A DNA stretch of 61,030 nt, the filler included, from Sphacelaria rigidula (Eukaryota): assembly GCA_964200075.2 (NCBI GenBank). It is 8 parts of 8 records of this genome, joined end to end, with 100 filler letters (N's around TTAATTAATTAA, not from the genome) between each part and the next. Parts side by side here need not be neighbours in the genome. Positions count along the whole stretch, not along the records: positions 7,643 to 15,184 come from CAXNAA020014424.1; positions 15,285 to 22,825 come from CAXNAA020014425.1; positions 22,926 to 30,466 come from CAXNAA020014426.1; 5 more parts are not named here. The stretch is one strand, 5' to 3'. Position 1 is the first letter of the stretch. Every line of letters starts with the position of its first letter. The translations under genes and the position numbers were made by a program. The notes beneath the pieces were generated by a model that was not told the origin of the DNA, did no database searches, and worked only from the letters and a program-made list of their open reading frames with translations. This document shows positions 12,854 to 26,100 of this stretch, in pieces.

Positions 12854-13076
12854 ATGGCGGCACCTTCAAGAATGTCAAGACAACTCACGGGCGGAAACGT
12901 TCAGGAGGGACTGACGAAGGTGGAATCGGGTCCTGAAGCGATGATGAGCGCGTGCGGAGAGGATGACAGCATTGAAGGAGAGGAGCGGCCCGTGAGTGTG
13001 TGCATGATCGGCACGGGCGAGTACACGACGGGGTATGTTCACGGACATGCTGCGGACTCAGACAAAGGCGCCGGAG
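12854..13076 (+). CDS. First coding exon of a GaaA-like D-galacturonate reductase (Gfo/Idh/MocA-type oxidoreductase); start codon uncertain (12827 is an alternative)
   Basis: [28 protein letters not shown] followed by G|gtatgg. This matches my recollection of the N-terminus of fungal GaaA-type reductases ([23 protein letters not shown]). Downstream exons were not identified. Confidence 0.78.
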
Positions 13077-14082
13077 GTATGGACGCACGTGAATACTCTG
13101 TTCAAAAGGGTCGATGTGCGTGTTCATTATAACCTCGTGAATCATGAGTTGAGATGGGATCGGTTGTAGATCTCAGACCCCCGCATCAAGTCAGTTTCGT
13201 GTGTCTGCCGCGCAGATGAAGTCGACCATCGTAATGTTCCGTCGGCGGTCGGCATATACAATTGCAGGGGCAGTGGCAGAGGCGTGCAGACAAGACACCG
13301 TACTCAACCTTGTACTCGACCATTTCGGTGCCCTACACATACTCTGTATAGGACATAATCGCGCCTACATACTGTACTGTAAATTATCACTAGCGCTGCT
13401 GTTGACCACATCAATGCGGTGAAGCGGAGACAGGAGACATGCACAGCAGTACAGTCCAGTTGGATCTTCCTCCGCCCATAACGTTCACCCGTATCATACA
13501 TTGACACGTTTTGTTCCGGTTGCCTCTGGGTCAGTCTGTGTCTATAAGTACACTCCGCCGTCTTGGCCAGCTTGCTAGCCTTGCTCTAATCACTACGCTT
13601 GCCTGTCAGTGTCAATGCACGGATGACAAGTGACTACTGACGGACCATCTTCTTATTACTCTTCTGTTTCCATCTCCGCCGCCACAAAACTATGCGAATG
13701 ACAAATCAGCAGTTGTGAGCCAACTTGTACCTGCCGTTATCCCTGTACTGCAACTTACAGGCACCGCCCAGTACAAGTATTATGATTAGACAGTGCAAAG
13801 AGTTACGTACACCACGTACAGACAACACCACAGCCCCCCGCATAATATACAAATACATAACAAAGGCAGCCCTTTCACCGACAGGGCGGGCCATGTGTTG
13901 GAGCGACATCATTATCAAATGCCACAGTAGTACTGAACATATTTCCCGCTCGGGGAAAACCTGGCTGTTAAGAGCGGCAGAATTCCGGATTGGTGAATGA
14001 ATCGAAGCTTCGTGAAAGCAGGAAGCAGGAGCTCTTGATTTAGATGCTGTAGTGTTGGAGTGGTGGACAAAACGTGAGTTAA

Positions 14083-14180
14083 CCCTTAGACCGCGAGATT
14101 AGTCTTTCTGGACCATGCATACTTTATTTCACTTGAAATTGATGCCGATTCAACAGAAGACTACCCTCGCTGTCTAAGGG
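14083..14180. mobile_element. piggyBac-type MITE (98 bp) with TTAA target-site duplication
   Basis: TTAA|CCCTTAGACCGCGAG ... CTCGCTGTCTAAGGG|TTAA. The TIRs match at 14 of 15 positions and have CCC/GGG termini. Confidence 0.85.
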
Positions 14181-15796
14181 TTAAGTCGGTGCTGGCACGC
14201 GGTACTCACCGCGGTCGGCGGTCGGTCGTGAGCCTCTTCAAAACTCTATGCGCTGCCGTGATCGATATATCATGTGTCAACACTCGCAGGTCGTTGCCGA
14301 TCACTTTTTTAGGCCAAAATATTTTTAATCTGCAATTATACCGTTTTTCTCGTCGAGAGTGAATACCGCACCGAGGACACCCTTTCGTGAGCACGCAATG
14401 ACTCGCGCTGGGTATGTAGCCAGTAGACAAGACGGCCGTGTTTCAAACGCTGATCGACAGCGATTGTCAGGAGTAGACGGAAGACATGGGCCCAATGGAC
14501 GGGCGCAACGTCATGGGTGAGCACGATTCGCCGCCGCCCTCGGTGAGCCGCGCACCGATGCCCACGTTCCTGGTGTTCTTCTCATCGCTGTAGCAGGGTG
14601 GCGAGTGTCACACGGTAGAATATACCACTGGGATCGATCGGCCAGCGGCATGAAAAAGGCCCACAAGGCTGCACCCCCGAAGCCTGGGTTGGAGCAGTGC
14701 CTCCTCTCTTTCAATTTGTTGGGCGCCAGATTCCACCGATCGGGTCTTCATCGACAGACTACTTACTCACTGGTAGATACGAAATACAAGTGGTTCAGAT
14801 CGAATTATTCACGCACGTTGGAGGTAGGGGATCGCGATGTACACCGCTACGTATGTTGAAATTGGGGCGGGAGGGGGTGGTGTCATCAACTGAGAGAAGC
14901 GGCTCAGCTTTTGCGTTGGCGTTACCGGCGTTGAAGGCTAACCCGCGAGGTACATTCTTCCGAAAGGAGATCTCTGGTGACCGAAGAGGTTAACTCTCGG
15001 CTGCGAGCCTTGTCTTCGAACAGAAGTGGTTTGCTGAAATTTCCGTGTGTGAATAATACGAGCTGGGCCAGCCCAGAAACGGATTAAACCTGGCAGAGCG
15101 ATATCTCATCACCGGAAACGAATTGGTCCGTGGTCCGCATATCCTATTAATCGACGAATCAAGGGGAAGGTGCCCATCTACTCANNNNNNNNNNNNNNNN
15201 NNNNNNNNNNNNNNNNNNNNNNNNNNNNTTAATTAATTAANNNNNNNNNNNNNNNNNNNNNNNNNNNNNNNNNNNNNNNNNNNNTTTCTTCTCTGTCTCC
15301 TTCTTTGCCATTTATAGCTTTTGTTCCCGTTTTTCTCTCATTCCCCCCCCCCCCCCGGTTCCGTCAGACACGCAGTACTACAACCACGTGCAAGAAATCG
15401 CCAGCTTCAAAACAGTGGTGGTCAACCCGGGAGTAACTCCACATGAGTCCCTGTATCACATCGGAGACCAGTGGGCGCAGACTAGCGGATCCCCTGGCGG
15501 CCAGGTCATCATTGTCTCGTGAGTCCATGCTTCGCCTCAGCATGCAAAACGGGTACCACGTGACCTCAAATTGTGATAGATATGTCACATGTATGTGTAA
15601 TCTAGCGCAGCGCTTGCGTTCGTCGCTCATTACGCCCCTCCGTGGCTTATGATACTTGACCTTCTTGGGTGGTGGTAAACTGTGTATTTTCGCGGATGAT
15701 TTTTATTTTTCTTGCCGCTAAGGTTGGGCTAGTGTGTTCATGTATTATGGGAGTACTGAATACTGATGATTGGGATGATCGTGATCAATGACATAA

Positions 15797-16219
15797 TAGA
15801 GATGGCAGTTACGGTACAACAGAGACAAAATTCGCGCGTAACCCGGTCAAATCAGCAATCGGGGTTACGTACAGGAGTTACGGCAAAACGCGGGGACAAA
15901 AATAAGGCATACCCGACCACCTTTCTCCCCCGGTGTCTAGGCCACGAGTGATCCCGACGTCGAAGAGTCCCCAGCAGCCATAGTTGTTCGTTGTCAGCTG
16001 CTGTGCTGCTGTGTTGTGTGCTGTGTTGCTGTGCTGTTGTGCAGGGTATGCGTGTTTGTTGTCTGTTGTACGTATGATCACGTGTGTGTGGAAAAAGGGG
16101 GGACTCCATAGAATAGGAGGTCCCGTGGATGGCAACGCAACAGTTACGGCGACAAAAGTCTACATACGGCTGGATTTGGATGCGCGAGGTTACGCGTACG
16201 CCCGTAATTGTCATCGCTG
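15797..16219. mobile_element. hAT-like non-autonomous element
   Basis: Left end tagagatggcagttacgg versus the reverse complement of the right end, cagcgatgacaattacgg. Near-duplicated flanks atgacataa / atgaataa. Confidence 0.5.
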
Positions 16220-16601
16220 ATGAATAATGGAATTGTCAAAGTGAACTGACAATAGAGTGTGTGCGCAAGAGATGCTCCATGTTTCAAATTCTTGAAAAAG
16301 TAGCCGTCTCGAGAGCTCCGTGGCTGAAATGGAAATGGAGATATGATTTGAGTTTTGGGCAAGAATCGAGACAGAAAAAAATAAGCAGGTTCGAGACGTA
16401 CATGGAGCACAGCTGGAGATGAAGCTCTTTCTTGTTTTGTTGTGTCTGTCTATTCAATTTCATATTCCAACACCACTAGATGAACGAATACAACGGGAAC
16501 GATCGTTTCAAAAACGATGTAAAAAAATAACAAATCACCCAGACCTTGTTTCTACTTTTTTTTTTTTCTTTTATGTTTTTTTTTCTTTCTTGTGTTACAA
16601 G

Positions 16602-16728
16602 GTTCGAGAACAAGTACCGATCGTTCCGACCAAAGAAGGGCCGGGTGCCGGCAGCCCCCGCCTACGCCACCGACCGCTACCTGAACTCCATTCTCGTGTA
16701 CGCGGCGTACTTCACCACTCTGGACGAG
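16602..16728 (+). CDS. Isolated internal exon of an unidentified gene
   Basis: Long polypyrimidine tract with caag| acceptor, GAG|gtaggc donor, and GC3-rich codons. Translates FENKYRSFRPKKGRVPAAPAYATDRYLNSILVYAAYFTTLDE. Confidence 0.65.
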
Positions 16729-17902
16729 GTAGGCAAAGGCAGCCAGATTTGACCCATTGGGTGCAAGCTGTCGCAGGTCGACCTGTTTTCTTCAATGATT
16801 ACATCATCCGCCGTTTTATTTAGACCCGCGGCCAACCCCAGAATCCACCTCTGGAATTCCCTGGAAAATTACCGCATCGGTTGAACAGTTGCACACGGCT
16901 CAGGAGGAGGGAATCGCAAAGTACTTCTATATACATACGGTATATTATCATTGGGGATAGCGCTTTCTTCGTCATACCTTCGACCCCTTGTCATGAGACT
17001 TGGCGGCGGGATTGACTTTTCCACATAGGCCTGCCTACGCAGATCTGTCGACCACGGTACGGATCTTTACTGCAATCAGCAGTCGTGCGTCGAGGACAGT
17101 AGGCGACCTCACCCCCTTCCCCACCTTTTTTACACCTTCCCTTCTCCTCGGACGAGTCCGTCGATTCAAAAGGATTAACCCGTTGTATCTCTCCCCTGGT
17201 CCATGCATGCCTGGTTGGCACTTTGGTATCGCGGGTTTGAGCGGACAGCATTCCCGCACTGCGTCGACAATTCCCATTTTTCTCTCTCTGTTTCTCACAT
17301 TTTATTACCATTTTATTATTTCCGCATTTTAGTCCGATCTCTCGAACCCGTGGTCACAGCACGTGATCCTGTAATACTCAGTTTTTTCGGCAGTCAGCAT
17401 CCCCAGGTACCCTGTAGTACCCGCAGTACTCAGTACTGCAAACACCCTGAAAACCCAGTGTGCCCTCTGTCTGGGGTGCTGTACCCTGCCGTAACCGTCT
17501 TTAGGAAATCTGGAATACTGTGCTGACGGTAGGGGGTACCAGCTATCCCAGGTATGTACTTTGGGGTGCTCATTCGACATTGTAGGTAGGTACTCCAAAG
17601 TTTGCCGCGTCTCCTTTTCACGGTCGTAGATCGGTAGTTGTCTGAGGTCTTAGATCTCCGGTCTGACCAGTAGAACGATGTTTTTATGAGATCGTTGGAT
17701 CGCAGGTTTGACCTGTAGACGAATTGGACGGTGTCCCCATAACTCCGAGGCGGTAACGCCTCGCTGCGCATTCGAGTGATTGGGCTGAACCCTCACGTAT
17801 TCCTTTCTTAGGTAGGGCCTATGTTCACCTGGAATCAGTATTTGTCGTTTGGCAAATACGAACGAACCCCAGAGAGAGACAGCAGCAAACGAGGATTCAT
17901 TA

Positions 17903-18061
17903 AGAGTCATGCTACGATAGGGGGGGGGGGGGGGGGGGTTTGGGGCCGTTTTTTTCCCCAAAATTCCACTTAAATTTCCGTGAAAAGCGAGGAANNNNNN
18001 NNNNAAAGAACACAACAAAACAACACGAACAGAAAAGAACAAGAAGAGCGGTGGGGGGGGT

Positions 18062-18096
<35 letters not shown>

Positions 18097-18629
18097 GTTT
18101 TGGGCCGTTTTCTTCCACGAAATTCCACTTCAATTGCCGTTGAAAGCAGCGAACAGTTGTTCGAACGCGCTAGCTCCCGATAAATAACCCTCACCCATAC
18201 TGCTTTATACCCGTTTTACCCAAATACGATCGCACCGCGAGTGTTTTAGGTTGTTTGACGCATCTATGAGCACAGTTTTTCGTGGAAGCCATCCCCCCCC
18301 GGTGAGACACCCATGAGGCAGTATAAAAGCCGTGGCTGTCCCTGGAAGTGGTGATACCAGATAATAGAACAGCTCATTGGAGGCTGTCATCCAAATGCAA
18401 GATAAATCAGTAGGCCTCGGGCCGAACGATCTTAGCAGGATGCAGCTCACCGTTCATGCGACTCGCTGAACACATCACGGCGCTTCGCGCTTAATGATTG
18501 AGTGCGAGCCTGGTCAGGCGAAAACCAGGCGTGCTCCGTCCCGGCATTGTAGGGATGCGAGGCCAATGTTTTTATGACTATGGCATGCATGATCATGAGT
18601 ACAACCCCCCCCTATCGTAACATGGCTCT
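17903..18629. mobile_element. TIR-bounded non-autonomous DNA element; internal portion repeated at 53145-53389
   Basis: Terminal inverted repeat agagtcatgctacgatagggggg ... cccccctatcgtaacatggctct. The internal ~250 bp (gtgagacacccatgaggcag...ggcgtgctcc.tcccggc) is shared with contig 7. Confidence 0.7.
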
Positions 18630-18649
18630 CAAGCTGTTAATAAGTGACA

Positions 18650-21600
18650 ACGAACTTCCTGTCTGATCGATGGGCACGTATACCTACCGCGTGAATGTGG
18701 CAATCCTCTTTATTGGCCTTGCGTGACATTGCCATTTTAATTTCCTCATGTCTATATTTGTTTCAAGTGAGTACATTCCCATTTCTGCCCCCAATTGTGT
18801 ATTACTCGTCGTTATTGAGTATCCAAGCATTTTTCAAGCTGCCGCTTTACGTGCTACTTCTAGGTGCTTCACCAACTTCGTGTTCTCTTCCCATACTCCT
18901 TGTGCATATTCCGGTACAGTCATACTCATCAGAATACATTTCCTACTCTCAGTATCTAGGTGCGAGTCCCTGAGAATCACGTCCATCTCGCATGCCTGTG
19001 TCTTACCCTTTCCAATTACTTTTTTTTCGTGTGCATCCCAAATGTTTTGATATATCTACGCCAAGGTATGTATTCTCGTCTATGATAGATAATTCTTCTT
19101 CTCCCCACCTCCATTTGACCTTTACCGGATTCTTCTTATCTTCGTTACAGACGAGTACCGCGCATTTGTTGACGTTCGCTGTCACTCTCCATTTCCTAGC
19201 GTATTCTGGCGCCTTCTCTCTTTGCTCTTGCAATCCTGTTGGTGTTCCTGATATCCCCACGAGATCATCTACGAACACCAACAAACCCCGATACCGTATC
19301 TCCCCCCACCTTGACTCCTTGCTGTCGTTAATAAATACCTTGAATGCGGTGGGTGATAACGTCACCCTTGTGCAACTCCTTGTGAACCATCAAAATATCC
19401 GATATTTGCCTATCTGGCATCATACAGTAGCGCTTCTCCCACATTTGTGTGTAGTATTTTTCACCAGTCTCCACATCTTTCCTCTGATCCCAGTTATCCA
19501 CACTTTTTCCGTAGGCCATTTCTCCATACCGCCATAAGCCTTTCTGTACGTTTAGAAAGGAACAATACGTCATCAGCCCGCCGTCTTCCATACCTTGAAC
19601 AATCTTATCTGACGTGTACCCATGGTCTACGTGGTTACCGTTTGGTCTAAACCCTGCTTGCCCCTCGCTGATTTGTTCTTTTTTCTCCAGAACGTTCCCA
19701 CTTCATTCTTTAGAATCTTACAGAAGGGTTCCCACGGTGTTTAGTAGCGTTATCCCTATTTGATTCTCTGGATCAGCCTTGTCTCCGCACTTGAGAAGGT
19801 TTATTAATACTCCTTCTCTCTGCCTCGTGGGTGTGTACTCGTTTCCCCAGATCTGATTGTACAGTATGACCATCATGTCAATCATTTCCTGCCCCCTGTA
19901 CTCCGTAAACTCGTTCACTATTTCATCTGCCCCTGCTGCCTTTCTATTCTTGAGTTTAGCTGCACACTCCTTTGCTTTCTCTCTTGTGAACTCTCTCAGC
20001 AAGTATTTTCGACAACTATCTTCCCGTTTGGATGCCTCTACATTAGCTTCTGCCCATGCGTTGTGTTCTTTCTCGAGTTCCGCGTTGAACCTCTTGTTAG
20101 TTGTTGGTGTCTCTATTTTTCGGTAGAGCCCTACTAGCACTTCTCTCTCCCCCTCCGAGCTACGAATCATCTTACCCTTCTGTGCTCTTACTGTATGTGG
20201 CAGTTCCCTTGTCTGTCTCTCCTGCCTGCCTGCTTGCCCAGTATCCCTTTATCCCTAACCACATTTGTTTCATCCCGGCATCGACGTCTATATAAATATT
20301 AATTGTAGTAGGTTCTGAAATACACCTCTCCATATCCCCTTCTTTCTCTTCTCTACTTTATTTTTTACCTCCTTCCTAGGTTGAGCACACTCCCCCCACC
20401 CTACCGTATTTTACTCCATGCATATCTTGCATGGGCCTCTCTCCTTATTCAGATAGGCTCTTTTGCTTCTTCATCCCATCATTCCACTGCTCTGTTGCAT
20501 TCCATCAGTTTCTTTCGCATGACTTTACTTTCTGCGATCTTGACCAATTGCTTCCATTCTTCTGTAATCGTCGCTGCTGCCCGATCCTTTTCCATTTCGG
20601 TATTATTGATTGCACGTACGCTCTCCCACGACTTGCAACATTTCACTGCATTTTGGTAATACTTTCTTCTTCTAGTGCATCCATCGGTATTCTGCATATG
20701 TACAGCTTCCTACTCCGTCTATTTGTTTGTATAAATATCGTCTATCGGCTGTCCGTCCACACTAAGCAATGGTCCGTAGTTCCTGAGTTCCATGAGCATG
20801 CGTGTACTTCCGTTGCCTTACTACCTCCATAGTCTATCACTACATAGCTAATATTGGAGCTTTACCCCTTTTTTTTCGCATTGTTTAATCCATTTCGGAT
20901 CTGACTTCTTTCCTCCACCGTTCAACGTCATCGTCTCGTTGTCCTCAAGGAAATTGAACACCTCTACCCTATTCGAATTCTTCTTCGTTTCCCCGTATTG
21001 TTCAATGTTCTCATTCGGTTGGCTTGGTTTTCCGATTTTTGAAACAATAATCTCCCACTCTCGTTACTTATCCTCACCCTTTACACTTCTGTACACCTGC
21101 TGCTCTCTCTGCGAACTTCTTCAGTGTATCTTTCACCGTACTCTTCGACTGGAGGGCATTGATATGTTTCCCAAGAAACAAATACTTCGTTCCCCGCTCT
21201 CTTGGTACCCTTATCTATATGCTCTTGTCGTAATTTATGTCCCTGATCACTTCTACCATGCAACTACAGGTATTTCTTGACTACGAATCCTACTCCCTCC
21301 ACTCCCCTATCCTTGCTCGTCTGTCCGTTTCCCTCTTTCCCTATCTATGCCTACGCCCAAACTTTGCATCCCACCTAATCCTTTCCCGTCTTTTCCGCAT
21401 TCTCGTGGGCCCCCACTGCATCAAGGCCGCGCTCACATACTTGATAGGCTATGTCTCGTCTTTTTGGATCTTCCATTCCGAATCCGCGTACGTTTCACGA
21501 TCCTGTTCTCCACTTTTTTTCGAGTCACCGTCGTTTTGATTCTTTTCTCCGCTTCCGGTTTGGTCCTTGTCTGTTTGCTCTAGGCCGCTATTCCCCCCCC

Positions 21601-22530
21601 CCCCCCGCCCCCCTTTTTCCTTCGGGGCATTTATTCCTGCTTCCCCTTACCTCCGTTTACCCGAGCGCTACGTCTTAGGCTCGCTCCACTACTGGCTATA
21701 CCTTCTCTCCATCCTACCCTTGTAAGCCATGTCGATACTTTACGTGTCTCCACCCTCTCCCGCTCCTTGTCCGTCCCCCGTTTCAGCGTGACTCCAAAGT
21801 ATGTTCCCTCCTTCCCACGTTTCCTATTGCTAGATGGTACAGCCCTACTTCATCGCATATTTGCTGGAGCTCTATTCTCGCCTCATCGCTAGGGACTCCA
21901 AATCCTAGCGCTACCAGTACTTTTCCTGTCCAACCCTTACTTCTCTGACTACCCTTCCTTACCGTCTTCCTCTCGAGCTCTTTCAAGAATGTCTCCAGCT
22001 TGTTTGTTCTGGATATTGACGTGAGACATCTGGTGTCTTTCGATTCGTCTGCTGGCTCACCGACATCAAATAACGTCTCCGACAGGGCTTGTAGCCTGAA
22101 ACCAAGTTCAACACCCGTAGCACAATCACCCTCAATTTGTTCCAGGCGATCTGCATGGTAACCATCGAGGCGCCCCACAATCGAATCTTCTATCTTCTCG
22201 CCCGACTGCTGAACGGGTTACTTTCCTCCAGGGAGGCCATTTTGACCGTTGGAGGACAGGTTGCATTAACACAAGGTCTCACTGACACGTCGGGATGTTC
22301 CGTACTTCACTTTCTCACATTCCATGCACGATGCACAGTGGGTCGCCGCTTCACTAAATCTTCCAAGTTGACCCTCGCTGCCGAAAACCTGACCAACGAT
22401 TCCCCCGCATCATATACCAGCTCTAATCCTCCGAAATCCCCATCTGTCAATGTGCCGCTTTGGTCATCCTTCTTGTAGGTCATGTGGTCAGTCATTAGCA
22501 CGATTTTGTCATGCTTCATCCACCCCTTCC
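18650..22530 (-). mobile_element. Long decayed LINE retrotransposon (ORF1-like region, probable endonuclease region, reverse transcriptase)
   Basis: Minus-strand remnants KLKNRKAAGADEIVNE, GDKADPENQIGITLLNTVG, TLSPTAFKVFIND, FVDDLV, KWRVTANVNKC and YLGVDIS, in the order expected for non-LTR RT. Many stops and frameshifts. Confidence 0.88.
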
Positions 22531-23149
22531 CTTCATTTGGCGCCTGTGCATCTAATGTCGGGGTGTTTTAGGATAATGTATGGCCAGATTTTCACCGTCC
22601 AATGAAAATCGTTACTGTACAGTTTCCCGAAAGTCTCACCACGAGACCCAACGCAACCTTCATGTGAATTAAACGTGTCAGGATGACCTTACTCTGTCCG
22701 TACTTGTTTGGTTCTTTCCTGTTTTTTTTTTTTCTGTTTTGCACGCAACGTGGTCAACCTTTCACCTGTTACTCACTTTTCTGGGTTTCAGCCTATTTTT
22801 CATACCTTACCCTTGTTGCGATACGNNNNNNNNNNNNNNNNNNNNNNNNNNNNNNNNNNNNNNNNNNNNTTAATTAATTAANNNNNNNNNNNNNNNNNNN
22901 NNNNNNNNNNNNNNNNNNNNNNNNNGAGGGGGGACGGGGGCGGTTGCGGTGGGGGGGGTGGGGGGGGGTGGGTGGGGAGGGTAGGAGGGGCATATTTGTA
23001 CGTGTATTCACTTCACCACCCCCCTCCCCCACGAGATCGACTGTGATTTGAACCTTAGTTCGCTTCACTGCTCTCGTACCGTACTCACTCCCTATTCTGA
23101 GAAGGGGGGGGCGGGGAGGGAGACCAAAGGTGCAGAAAACTGGAGAGTC

Positions 23150-26100
23150 TGCGCTGCTGCTGGGTGAAAGTTCTAATTTTTTTTCATGACCTCAACCCGT
23201 AAACAGCGGGTATCAGTTATCTCAGCCGATGTTTCATGTCCGAGTAAGTACAGGGTGCACTCGGCTCTGTGCAAGTGGGCTAGAGACCCAACACGTGAAA
23301 AACGATCCTCCACCTTTCTCAACGCAGCACACAAAGAAGGGGGAGGGGGAGGAGAGGGGGGGGGGGCAAGAGGGAGCAGTGAGACAGCTCCGCCTATCAC
23401 CATTCGACAAGCTGTCTCTACCGCCGATCGGCTGAACTATGTTTACAATTTAATAGCCGTTATCTTCTGCAGGTAACGTACGTGGGGGTGTAGAGAAAAG
23501 TCTTCAGAAGTACTGTAGTGTAGATCGTTTTCTCATGCACACAAAAAAAAACGTCTTTCTCCGAGACAGACTACTCTGACCGGGGAAAAACACACACACA
23601 CACACACACACACACTCATGTACAGGGAATCACTTCTGGATTGTGCACGTTACGGGCCACGGATTCATCTCTTCATGAGGGTACGAGTTGTGTCAATAAT
23701 TCTACAATGAAGAAACGGTACGTACCGCACGACAGAAAAAGCATGCCGGCGACGAAAAAATCGATAGCTACCGCGCCATGACCACCCCCTTGATGAAAAA
23801 ATCAAGGCCAGCGTTGTTGGTTGCTGGAGAAGGTTTACTCGTATCAGCTGTTGGAAGCAGTGAAAGCTGTGCCGCGTTCCGGATGTGTATCGAGTGCTGG
23901 GCCAGAGGAACGGACGGTGGTACTCCATGTTTGTACGGCAAACAGCACGCCGCGAAATCGGCGCCTGTTCTGGGGTTTGGACAAAATCAACACAAGAACA
24001 GTTTTTGTCCCACGTTGCCCTTGTGCAGCCTAACGACGCACGCGTGTAGTCCCAGTGCATGCGCGATAGCTCCGAGCCTAGCTCCCCCTCGGCTACACGC
24101 GCGCACGGCCGCTTTCGGCGGGAATATATCCAGTATTTCAAGAGCCATGATAATCGGCGTCGGCGTCAACATCACGTATACAGCAGACACCAGTACAGCT
24201 ATTTGCGGCTGCGAAGACGACCCAGCGTAGCGCTTCAACTAGTGCACAACACTTGAAAGTACACTCGAAACTGGTCTTAGACAAGGTAACATCTTACTTA
24301 CAGTGGTCGCGTCGATCCTAACCTACGAACAACGTGGACTAGCTCGTAAAATATATATTTCTCGATTCGTACTCACGCGTGATATCTCCTCCTCATCGCC
24401 GGGATTACCACCGCGTCTTCTCTTCTCCCGATGGTCACCCATGGTCACACCCCGCAGATCGCTCGCTGCGAGCGGCATCCCGTCGCCCCCTTCAGAGGAC
24501 CCCGTGTCGCCCGCCTGTTGCTGCTTCAGGGTGGACAACAACCCGCGCTTTTGTCCTTGCTCTTTCTGCCTTTTACGGTTACTGTCGTCGTCGCCGCCGC
24601 CGCTGCTGCGGCTCACGATTCCCGACCCAACGGACCCACTCAGGCACCGCAACAGCGGAGGTGAGTGCAGGGTTGTCCCACCAAGACGTTGACCACCGCC
24701 CCCGCCGTCGCCACCGCGACCACCGCTCCGGGCTGCAGCGGATCCCGTTACTGCTGGAGCACCGTGGGTTTTGGCGGAATATTGGACCAACTGGCGACCG
24801 CGGCGGCCGCTGCCGCCGCCGTTGGCGTTGCCGAGGAGACTGCCAAGCGTGCCTCTTCTGCCGTTGCTGCTGGTGCTGCTGGATGAGGTGCCGCCGCTTC
24901 TTTTTCTAATCGTGGAGGGCGGCGGGCGGTGGGGTTGGTTGAGGGTATTGGTCGGTGCGTACGCCCGAGGCATTGTGTTATCGGGAGCGGGGGTGGTGGT
25001 GATGGAGGTAGTACTAGTAGAAGGAGGTGTGCCTCGACGTCGCCGCGCGTTGTTGCTCTTGCGCTTGCTCTTGTTGTCGCTGCTGCCGACGACACCCGCA
25101 CGCCCCTTCTCTACCGCCGCAGCCTTCGCTTCGTCACCAAATTGAATTCTTGTTTCGCTTGAACCGGTGTCGACCGCCTCAGTGTCCCCGCGGTTGGTGT
25201 CGGTGTTGGTGACTTCCCTGAGGTATCCGCGTGCACCTCGTGAACCGCGTGCCACGCCGCCGCTCTTGCTAGCGCGCACTTTGCTCGATGTTGATGGCAG
25301 CTGCTCGGGGGGGTCGAGTCGAGGGGAGTTCTGCTGGCTTATTCTGGTCTGCCACGCCTTCGTGACGGACGCAAGGAGATCTCTAGTGCCGGGTGTGGAG
25401 GACGCGAGGATTCGGTGCCGCTTCGACACGAGCGTGATTTTACCGTTAGCTTCTGTCGGTTTCTCTATCAAATCGGAGATCTTCACGGAAGACACACATG
25501 CACGCGCAAACAGAAGAAATCAAAACAGGGAAATGAGGATGCATACATCATATTCGACAATCATACCTTTTCGCTTTCGGTTGGACGGGTTGTGCGGGAC
25601 GGCCCGTGCCCCCTCTCACGAGTCATGTACCACAGCGCCGCACCCATGCAGTGACACAAAAAAGTCAGAAACTTGCAAAGGATCGTCCCACGTTCCCACC
25701 CTGCCACGGATAAAGTTGAGTCATACTAGTTTTCGAAGAAAACGGAGCCATTCGTTCAACTCCCTTGAGACTCCCCTCTGTTCCGTCTGTTGAGTCCACG
25801 CCATTTTCACTTGAAAAGTGAGTGCCAGATAGACACAGTTGTACCTACCTGACGACGCTCGAAAGGGTCCAGATAAGCTACCGCTGTTTTTGTTGTTGTT
25901 GCAAAACGCCTCTATATACACAAAACAATGCGAGAGAAGAAAAAATGAACCGTCAGCTACAACTAGTGCATACACTTCAAGCACAGCACAGCACAGCACA
26001 GCACAGCACAGCACAGCACAGCACAGCACAGTAAACTGACAGCGTCATGGTATGCACCTTGAGTTTGACGCGACCGACAGTTACCGTGTTTGACGCAGGG

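Noticed and set aside
17920..18150. Apparent tandem duplication around a 10-N gap (likewise 40500-40750)
   Set aside because: A noisy copy follows a poly-G run next to a scaffolding gap, consistent with low-quality read ends rather than real duplication.
24303..25793. Long + strand ORFs over the GC-rich exon, and most other short ORFs in the supplied track
   Set aside because: They are antisense shadows of real exons, TE remnants or low-complexity sequence, without motif or splice support.
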